In this document: piece after piece, positions 55,010-62,191 of the stretch | How the letters are laid out: each line of letters begins with the position of its first letter | Position numbering within the stretch: the first letter of the stretch is position 1 | Assembly: GCA_017501545.1 (NCBI GenBank) | Contig: JAFVWS010000014.1 | Location: 14,180-78,179, forward strand | DNA length: 64,000 nucleotides | Reading direction: 5' to 3' | From: Clostridia bacterium | GTDB taxonomy: Bacteria; Bacillota; Clostridia; Oscillospirales; CAG-272 | Position numbers and translations under genes: made by a program | Notes under the pieces: generated by a model | What the model saw: the letters and a program-made list of their open reading frames with translations, nothing else | Database searches by the model: none | What the model was told of the DNA's origin: nothing

Positions 55010-55885
55010 ATGAAAAAAGTAAATCGATTATTTAAAATTTTCATTCCCGCGCTTTTAGCGGCAACCTTGCTTGCTTTGGTATTTGCGATTTTAGCAGTAG
55101 TATTGACCTACAACCACTCTACAGGCAACATTGAAATGATGTCACCTCTTTCTATTTTCTTTGTTGCAACTTTATTAATCGCCTTGATTGTACCAGTAGT
55201 TTTCGCTATTTTGTTTAAGGAATTAAAAATCACAAGGACAAAAAGAGACTTAATTGTTGTAAAAATTGCAGCGCTTTTTCTTTGCATTTCAATCATCGCT
55301 TTTGAAGTTGTCGATATGATTTATATGGGAAAAACTGAATTCTTGATTTGGCGCTTTTTAAGACTAATTGTTTCCTTTTTCTTTATAGCGCACACAATTT
55401 TCGCAATTTTGCCATCAAAAACAAATATCGTTCCATTCGCAAGGCACTGTGCAAGCGCAGGCGCACCTATATTCGCTATTTTATCAGTATTATCATTCTA
55501 CTTCCCTGGAGATTCCGAGGAGCATTTTCCTGACTATCTAAAAATACTGTTTGTAATCGCATATTCACTCTTTGCTCTTTACGCGCTTTATGATTTCAAA
55601 TGGAAGCTTGTACCTACAAACCCACGCTCATACATGGCACTTTCGTCAATGACATTTGTATTTACAAGCATTGTTTCTATTACATCTGTTGTGGCAATAT
55701 TCGCAAACGAAGGAATGGTAGCAAGCAACAGATTCATCCTTTGCATCTTTGAAGCAATACTACTCCTTGCCTTTTCCTTCATTGCACTATCAAAGACACT
55801 TGCAATCAAAAAAACCGTTGCCCACGTCGTGAAGATTTCCGAAGAGCATGAGGCGAAGGAGTCAAACGTCAAAAGAAAAAAATAA
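55010..55885 (+). CDS. Hypothetical polytopic membrane protein (about 8 TM)
   Basis: 291 aa and hydrophobic throughout, with a Lys/Glu-rich C-terminus. I recognised no family motif. GGAAAGGA RBS. Confidence 0.6.
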   Translation: MKKVNRLFKIFIPALLAATLLALVFAILAVVLTYNHSTGNIEMMSPLSIFFVATLLIALIVPVVFAILFKELKITRTKRDLIVVKIAALFLCISIIAFEVVDMIYMGKTEFLIWRFLRLIVSFFFIAHTIFAILPSKTNIVPFARHCASAGAPIFAILSVLSFYFPGDSEEHFPDYLKILFVIAYSLFALYALYDFKWKLVPTNPRSYMALSSMTFVFTSIVSITSVVAIFANEGMVASNRFILCIFEAILLLAFSFIALSKTLAIKKTVAHVVKISEEHEAKESNVKRKK

Positions 55886-55913
55886 GCCACCACGTGGATA
55901 AGTTTAATAAACA

Positions 55914-55942
55914 AAACGGACTGAAAAGCAGTCCGTTTTTTG
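55914..55942. terminator. Bidirectional rho-independent terminator
   Basis: AAACGGACTG-AAAAG-CAGTCCGTTTTTT between convergent genes. Confidence 0.85.
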
Positions 55943-55987
55943 TTAGTTTTTTTATAAAAAGTGGCGAGGAGTGTCTGTTTTTTGAGA

Positions 55988-57016
55988 TTATGCCATCTTT
56001 TCAAACTTTTCCTGAGTAATCTCGTATTGTGTTGTCTTGCCAGCAAGAACCCTTTCAAACTCATCAATCATATACTCTGCCATTCTTTCAACCTCATTTG
56101 CTTGGCTACCAGCGATATGTGGTGTCAAGAAGATGTTGTCAAGTCTGTAGAAATCGCTTCCCTCAGCAGGTGGCTCATCAATAGTAACGTCAAGAAGCGC
56201 ACATATATCACGTCTTTCGCGAAGCACCTCAAGCATCTCTGGCTCATTAACCTGTGCGCCACGACCAGTGTTGATAAATACTGTGTTTTTCTTCATTGAC
56301 GCAAAATGCTCTTTTCTAAAGATGCCAACAGTAGCAGGAACGTTTGCTAAGTGGTTTGAAACAACGTCGCACTCAGAGAAAATTTCCTCAAGTGATGCTT
56401 TTTTTGCACCAAGCGCCTTAACCGCACTCTTTGGCAAAAACTCATCATATACATAAAATTCAAGCTTGAACTTGCGCAGAAGATGAATAACCTTTCTGCC
56501 TATCATACCAGCACCAATAATACCTACCTTAGAATTGTAATTACCCTGGTGTGATTTTGAATATTCAACAGCCCTATCATAGTGGCCACGTCTTACCATA
56601 CGCATTGATTGGAAATAGCCCTTGTTTGCAAGCAAAATTTGTGCCATTGTAAATTCCGCAACAGGAATTGCGTTAGCAGCAAATGCGCTAAAAAGTCTAA
56701 TCCCCTTGTCAAGATAGTGCTGACCAAAGTATTTTACTGAGCCAGCTGCGTAAAAAAGTGCCTTTGCATTTGGAAAAAATCTTGCGAAATCATCCTTATC
56801 CTCGGTGCCTCCCGGCATTGACCAAGTGGAGAAAATATATTCTACATCCTTGAATTTTTCAGGATTTGCTTCTAAATCGTCCTGTGAGTAAACAGTATCA
56901 ACGTCAATATCAACTAAGCCCTTAAGCCTTTCCTTTGCCTCGGTTGAATAAACATAGTCAACTGTTTGTGACCTATTTGCCAAAAATATTGCTTTCATAT
57001 CGTATTCCTTTCCCAT
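55988..57016 (-). CDS. D-isomer-specific 2-hydroxyacid dehydrogenase family protein
   Basis: 342 aa. Rossmann motif VGIIGAGMIGRKV; NTGRGA; TPHIAGS. Confidence 0.85.
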   Translation of the reverse strand: MGKEYDMKAIFLANRSQTVDYVYSTEAKERLKGLVDIDVDTVYSQDDLEANPEKFKDVEYIFSTWSMPGGTEDKDDFARFFPNAKALFYAAGSVKYFGQHYLDKGIRLFSAFAANAIPVAEFTMAQILLANKGYFQSMRMVRRGHYDRAVEYSKSHQGNYNSKVGIIGAGMIGRKVIHLLRKFKLEFYVYDEFLPKSAVKALGAKKASLEEIFSECDVVSNHLANVPATVGIFRKEHFASMKKNTVFINTGRGAQVNEPEMLEVLRERRDICALLDVTIDEPPAEGSDFYRLDNIFLTPHIAGSQANEVERMAEYMIDEFERVLAGKTTQYEITQEKFEKMA

Positions 57017-57050
57017 ATTGCCATTTCACTTAATAAAAGCATACAACTGT

Positions 57051-57079
57051 ATTTTCTCATAAATTCCATCTTTTGTCAA
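57051..57079 (-). promoter_or_regulatory. Sigma-A promoter TTGACA-17-GAAAAT (TG-extended) for the 2-hydroxyacid dehydrogenase gene
   Basis: Reverse complement reads TTGACAaaagatggaatttaTGaGAAAAT. Confidence 0.45.
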
Positions 57080-57169
57080 GCATTTACCGAAATATTTTTA
57101 TACTTTTTAACTATGTTAAACTTTATTTAATTTTTCCAAGTCTGCCTTCCTCGTTTTTCTTGACAAAAT

Positions 57170-57198
57170 TGCACAATTATGGTATCATCATTATAGTA
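57170..57198 (+). promoter_or_regulatory. Sigma-A promoter TTGACA-17-TATCAT (TG-extended) for the five-gene plus-strand cluster
   Basis: TTGACAaaattgcacaattaTGgTATCAT, 25 nt before the ATG at 57223. Confidence 0.6.
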
Positions 57199-57222
57199 TA
57201 TATTATAAAAAGGAGACCCTTT

Positions 57223-58545
57223 ATGGCGAATATTCCATTAAATAAAGAGGCTTTTTTAAAGCTATGTGAGGAATCGGGCACTACCTTCCCTTATTCCGAG
57301 GATATTTCTTGCTTGGCAAAGGATATTACCATTGCTGGCAAAAAGGTTAACAACAGAATTGTATATCAAGCAATGGAGGGCTGTGACGGCACGTACGACG
57401 GCGCACCTGACGAGCTTACATACAGAAGATATTTACGCTTTGCACGTGGTGGTGCTGGTATTATTTGGTTTGAGGCTACTGCCGTTATGGGCGAGGGCCG
57501 TGCCAACCCACGCCAAATGTATCTAACAGAAAAAACCGAGGACGAGTTTAAGAAAATAGTTAACGATATCAAAGAAACCTGTATTAAGGAAAACGGCTTT
57601 GAGCCCGTTGTTATTGTTCAGCTTACTCACTCAGGTAGATATTCTAAGCCAGAGGGCACCCCTGCCCCACTTATTGCTTATAACAATCCTATTTTTGAAA
57701 AGGACAACCCTATTGACAAATCAAGAATTGTAAGCGATGAGTATCTTGACACCCTCACAGAAAAGCTAATTAATGGCGCTGTATGGGCAAAAAAGCTTGG
57801 CTTTGATGGCGCTGATATCAAGAGCTGTCATAGATATCTTTTAAGTGAAATTCTCTCCGCCTACAACCGGGAGGGCAGATACGGTGGAAGCTTTGAAAAC
57901 CGTACCCGTTTGCTAACAACTGCGGTTAAGGAGTCGAAGATTTTAACTGGCAAGGACTTTATCATCACCTCTCGTCTTAACGTATATGATGGATTTGAAT
58001 ATCCATATGGCTTTGCTGTAAGGGAGGGCTGTGGAATCACCCATGACTTTACTGAGTCAAAAATGCTTGTTAAGCAGCTTGTTGCAAACGGCATTGATAT
58101 GATTGACATGACTATGGGCAATCCATATTTCAACCCACACGTTAATCGTCCATACTCACAGGGTGGCTATATCCCACCTGAGCATCCTATGCAGGGCGTG
58201 CAAAGAATGCTTGATGGTATTTCTGAAATTGCAAGCGAGATTAAGGGTACTCCTGTTATTTCTTCTGGCATTTCATTCCTTGGTGCAGTTAGCGCTAACG
58301 TTTGTGCTGGTTATATTAGCGAGGGCAAGTTTGATTTTGCAGGCTACGGTAGAGAAACTCTTGCTTACCCATCTTGTGCAAAGGCTATTACAAGTGGTGA
58401 AAACTTAGACCCTAAAAAGCTTTGTATTTGCTGTAGCAAGTGTACAGAAATTATGAGAAAGCCAGGCGGAACACCAGGATGTGTAATCCGTGATGGCGAG
58501 GTTTATATGCCTCTTTACAAAAAATTGGTTCTTGGAAAGGAATAA
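57223..58545 (+). CDS. Old-yellow-enzyme-family NADH:flavin oxidoreductase with 4Fe-4S Cys motif, lacking the C-terminal FAD/NAD(P)H domain
   Basis: 440 aa from MANIPLN (AAAGGAGA RBS). OYE blocks VQLTHSGR, GFDGADIKSCHRYLLSE and YGGSFENRTRL. C-terminal motif CICCSKCTEIMRKPGGTPGC (CX2CX2C...C). The track ORF's 50 extra residues cover the promoter. Confidence 0.8.
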   Translation: MANIPLNKEAFLKLCEESGTTFPYSEDISCLAKDITIAGKKVNNRIVYQAMEGCDGTYDGAPDELTYRRYLRFARGGAGIIWFEATAVMGEGRANPRQMYLTEKTEDEFKKIVNDIKETCIKENGFEPVVIVQLTHSGRYSKPEGTPAPLIAYNNPIFEKDNPIDKSRIVSDEYLDTLTEKLINGAVWAKKLGFDGADIKSCHRYLLSEILSAYNREGRYGGSFENRTRLLTTAVKESKILTGKDFIITSRLNVYDGFEYPYGFAVREGCGITHDFTESKMLVKQLVANGIDMIDMTMGNPYFNPHVNRPYSQGGYIPPEHPMQGVQRMLDGISEIASEIKGTPVISSGISFLGAVSANVCAGYISEGKFDFAGYGRETLAYPSCAKAITSGENLDPKKLCICCSKCTEIMRKPGGTPGCVIRDGEVYMPLYKKLVLGKE

Positions 58546-58549
58546 TAAA

Positions 58550-59302
58550 ATGAAGGTTGCATTTATTACAGGCGCGGCAGGTGGAATTGGCTATGCTTGC
58601 GTTGAAAAATTTAATAAAGAGGGCTACGCTATTGTAGCTATGGATATCGTTCCTACAGATAAGGTAGGCGATAAATTTGCAAACATTAAGGAATACATTT
58701 ATATTAGTGGCAATCTTGCAAGCGCTGAGGATAGACAAAGCGCTGTTGAAGCAGCTATCAACAAATATGGCAAAATAGATGTTCTTGTAAACGTTGCAGG
58801 CGTTGCCCCAAGGGTAAGAGCTGATATCCTTGAAATGAGCGAGGAAAGCTATGATTTTGTAATGGATATCAACCTAAAGGGAACATTTTTCCTCACCCAA
58901 TTGATTGCAAATCAAATGATAACACAATACAAAAACGAGGGCACTAAGGGTTACATTGCAAACGTTTCCTCCTGCTCTGCTTATACCTCATCAACAAACC
59001 GCGGTGAATACTGTATGTCTAAGGCTGGTGCTACTATGATGACAAAGCTTTTTGCAGATAGACTTGCAGAATACGGAATCACAGTAAACGAAATTTGCCC
59101 CGGAATTATAGCCACAGGTATGACCGAAAAGGTTAAGGAAAAATATGACAACCTTATTGCTGGTGGTCTTGTGCCACTTGGCAGATGGGGACTTCCTGAG
59201 GACTGTGCAAATGCAATTTATACTCTTTGCTCAGGCATGCTTGGCTACACCACTGGTCAATCAATTATAGTTGATGGTGGTATGCACATTCAAAGACTTT
59301 AA
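58550..59302 (+). CDS. Short-chain dehydrogenase/reductase (SDR)
   Basis: 250 aa from MKVAFITGAAGGIGYA. Catalytic YCMSK, and NVSS upstream. Confidence 0.88.
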   Translation: MKVAFITGAAGGIGYACVEKFNKEGYAIVAMDIVPTDKVGDKFANIKEYIYISGNLASAEDRQSAVEAAINKYGKIDVLVNVAGVAPRVRADILEMSEESYDFVMDINLKGTFFLTQLIANQMITQYKNEGTKGYIANVSSCSAYTSSTNRGEYCMSKAGATMMTKLFADRLAEYGITVNEICPGIIATGMTEKVKEKYDNLIAGGLVPLGRWGLPEDCANAIYTLCSGMLGYTTGQSIIVDGGMHIQRL

Positions 59303-59326
59303 TTTATTAAATTAATCGGAGAAAAA

Positions 59327-61291
59327 ATGAACGAAACAACTACTATTTATAAAGGTGTCAGCGTAAGAAAAATTACCGTTGACGCACTTGTTGTGGGCAC
59401 TGGTGCTGCTGGATATAACGCTGCGCTAAGGCTTGATGATTACGGCGTTGGCGACGTTGCAATTGTTACCGAGGGCATTAAAATGGGCACCTCACGCAAC
59501 ACTGGCTCAGACAAGCAAACATATTATAAAATGAACCTTTGTGCCGACTACCCAGACTCTCCAAAGGCTATGGCACAGGACTTTTTTAACGGCAAATGTG
59601 TTGATGGTGATATTGCATATGCTGAGGCTGCGCTTTCAGTTATGTCCTTTTTGCACCTCTGCGAGCTTGGTGTTGAATTCCCTGTCAATAGATATGGTGA
59701 GTACGTTGGCTACAAGACCGACCATGACCCACGCGCACGTGCGACAAGCGTAGGTCCTCTTACATCGAAAATGATGACTGAGTGCCTTGAAAGGGCTGTT
59801 GGCAAGAGAAACATCAAGGTTTTCGACAAGCTTCAAGTTATTGATTTTATCAAAAACGGCGACACCTGTGTGGGAATTTTATGCTTAAACAAGGCTTCAA
59901 CCAGTGAAAATGACCGTTTCGTGCTATTCAATGCAAAGAATACAGTTTTAGCAACTGGTGGTCCTGCCGGCATTTATTCAAATACTGTTTACCCTATTGG
60001 TCACCATGGCGCAACCGGTGTTGCATTTGAGGCTGGTGTTAAGGGCAAAAACCTAACAGAATGGCAATATGGTCTTGCATCCACTGCCCCACGCTGGAAC
60101 GTGTCTGGTACATATATGCAGGTTCTTCCTCGTTTTGTTTCAGTTGATGAAAGCGGAAATGAATACGAGTTTTTAAACGATTACTTTGATGACATCGGCA
60201 CTTGCTTATCTAAGATATTTAGAAAGGGCTACGAATGGCCATTTGACTGTAAAAAGGTATTAAACGGCTCATCAATTATAGACCTTCTTGTGTTCCGTGA
60301 AAACGTAATGAAGGGGCGCCGTGTTTATCTTGACTTCAGAAAAAATCCATATGGACTTGACGAGCTTCCATATGACAAGCTTGATAATGAGGCGCGTGAA
60401 TATCTTGAGAATGCGCACGCATGCTTTGGCACGCCTTTAGCAAGGCTTCAATTTATGAATATGCCAGCGTACGATCTATACCTATCAAAGGGTGTTGACC
60501 TTGAAAAGGAAATGCTTGAGATTGCTCTTTGTGCTCAGCACAACAATGGTGGACTTGATATTGACATGTGGTGGCAAACAAATGTGCCTAACCTATTTGC
60601 TTGTGGTGAGGTTGCAGGTAGCCATGGTGTTTATCGTCCTGGTGGAAGTGCGCTTAACGCAGGTCAGGTTGGCTCAACCCGTTGTGCACAGTACATTTCA
60701 AAGCACCAAGAAAATGACAAGGCAGATGCAAAAATCTTTGACCAAGTGGCTGAAATTGCTGTTACAAAGCATTTAAATATTACACGCAACATTCTTGGAA
60801 ACGATGATAATGTTTTGTCCTTAACCGAGAAATATCAAAAGCTCATGGATGAGGTGGCAGGCCCTATCCGTAATGCTTCAAAATTTGACGAGGCTATTAA
60901 AGAATTCGGTGATGCTTTTGCTGATTTTGATAAAATCGTGAGTGTAAGCAAGGAAAGCAAGCTTTGGCTTGCCTATCGCTTACGTGATGCATTGCTTGGC
61001 GAGATGATGTATATTTACTCGATGAAATCATATGTATCAGCTGGCGGAAAATCCCGTGGCTCTGCAATTTACACATCTGAAAATGGTACAGCGCCAGAAA
61101 AGATGGAGGACGTATTTCGCTTTGAGCTTGACGCTGGTGCGCTAAACGATAGGATATTTGAAATAACATATTGTTCAGACCTTGGTGGGTCTATCGGTGG
61201 TGGCGCACGCCCAGTTAGACCTTTGCCAGAGGGTGGCGGATTCTTCGAAAACGTTTGGCGTGATTATCGCGAAACAAAAAACATTTATTAA
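59327..61291 (+). CDS. FAD-binding oxidoreductase of the succinate dehydrogenase/fumarate reductase/L-aspartate oxidase flavoprotein superfamily (atypical)
   Basis: 654 aa. Dinucleotide fold DALVVGTGAAGYNAALRL, ATGGPAG, and the C-terminal FAD block CGEVAGSHGVYRPGGSALNAGQVGS. Confidence 0.75.
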   Translation: MNETTTIYKGVSVRKITVDALVVGTGAAGYNAALRLDDYGVGDVAIVTEGIKMGTSRNTGSDKQTYYKMNLCADYPDSPKAMAQDFFNGKCVDGDIAYAEAALSVMSFLHLCELGVEFPVNRYGEYVGYKTDHDPRARATSVGPLTSKMMTECLERAVGKRNIKVFDKLQVIDFIKNGDTCVGILCLNKASTSENDRFVLFNAKNTVLATGGPAGIYSNTVYPIGHHGATGVAFEAGVKGKNLTEWQYGLASTAPRWNVSGTYMQVLPRFVSVDESGNEYEFLNDYFDDIGTCLSKIFRKGYEWPFDCKKVLNGSSIIDLLVFRENVMKGRRVYLDFRKNPYGLDELPYDKLDNEAREYLENAHACFGTPLARLQFMNMPAYDLYLSKGVDLEKEMLEIALCAQHNNGGLDIDMWWQTNVPNLFACGEVAGSHGVYRPGGSALNAGQVGSTRCAQYISKHQENDKADAKIFDQVAEIAVTKHLNITRNILGNDDNVLSLTEKYQKLMDEVAGPIRNASKFDEAIKEFGDAFADFDKIVSVSKESKLWLAYRLRDALLGEMMYIYSMKSYVSAGGKSRGSAIYTSENGTAPEKMEDVFRFELDAGALNDRIFEITYCSDLGGSIGGGARPVRPLPEGGGFFENVWRDYRETKNIY

Positions 61292-61387
61292 AAAGCAAGG
61301 CTCAGGCAATAAACACAAGAGAGAGCCTGAGCCTTAACCATATTTGTGGCAAAAACAGCCACAGGGTGCGATTTTTAGGAGATTATT

Positions 61388-62191
61388 ATGAAAAGTGGAC
61401 TTGTTTCCGTTTCCTTTAGAAAGAAAGGAATAAAGGAGCTTATTAAGGCTACTAAGGAAAGTGGACTTGAATACATTGAATGGGGTGGTGACGTACATAT
61501 CCCTATGGGAAACGTTAAGCTTGCGCGTCGTGTGCGTAGGTTAATGCATGGAGCAGGGCTTAAATGTGCTTCCTACGGCTCATATTTTGGTCTTATGTAC
61601 CACTGTGATGAGCACTTTCCTATGCCCTTTAAAAAAGTTTTAAAAACAGCCAAGGCGCTTGGTGCTAAAACAGTAAGAGTTTGGCTTGGCTGGCCACGCT
61701 GTGGCTGTAAGAAGGGCTGTGACCAATACGTTTGTGAAAACGGCTACAAGCGTGCTGTAAGGATAACCAAGAACCTTTGTGACCAAGCGAAAAAATTCGA
61801 CCCTAACCTTACTCTTTCAATCGAGTGTCACTTTGCAACCTTGACCGACGACTACCACGAAACGCTTCGTTTTATAAACGACGTAAATAAGGACAATTTA
61901 AGGCTATATTGGCAACCAAACCATTCAAAGGGCTTTGAATACAATTTAGAGGCATTAAAGGCTCTACTCCCTTGGATTACAAACGTACACGTATTTAACT
62001 GGGACAAGGACGCAAAGAAGTACCCTTTATGCGAGGGCACGGGCGACTGGAATAAATATTTAGAGGTTCTAAATGATGAAAACGCCGAGGGACGTGTCTG
62101 TTTTCTTGAATTTATGCCTGACGGAGAGCTAACCTCTCTTCCTTGCGAGGCTAAACAGTTAAACGCTTTATTAGGAGAACTAAAGAAATGA
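61388..62191 (+). CDS. Xylose-isomerase-like TIM-barrel protein (sugar phosphate isomerase/epimerase family)
   Basis: 267 aa. The pattern GLEYIEWGG..., AKALGAKTVRVW, LSIECH, LYWQPNH is typical of the AP-endonuclease-2/xylose-isomerase-like fold. Family-level call only. Confidence 0.65.
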   Translation: MKSGLVSVSFRKKGIKELIKATKESGLEYIEWGGDVHIPMGNVKLARRVRRLMHGAGLKCASYGSYFGLMYHCDEHFPMPFKKVLKTAKALGAKTVRVWLGWPRCGCKKGCDQYVCENGYKRAVRITKNLCDQAKKFDPNLTLSIECHFATLTDDYHETLRFINDVNKDNLRLYWQPNHSKGFEYNLEALKALLPWITNVHVFNWDKDAKKYPLCEGTGDWNKYLEVLNDENAEGRVCFLEFMPDGELTSLPCEAKQLNALLGELKK

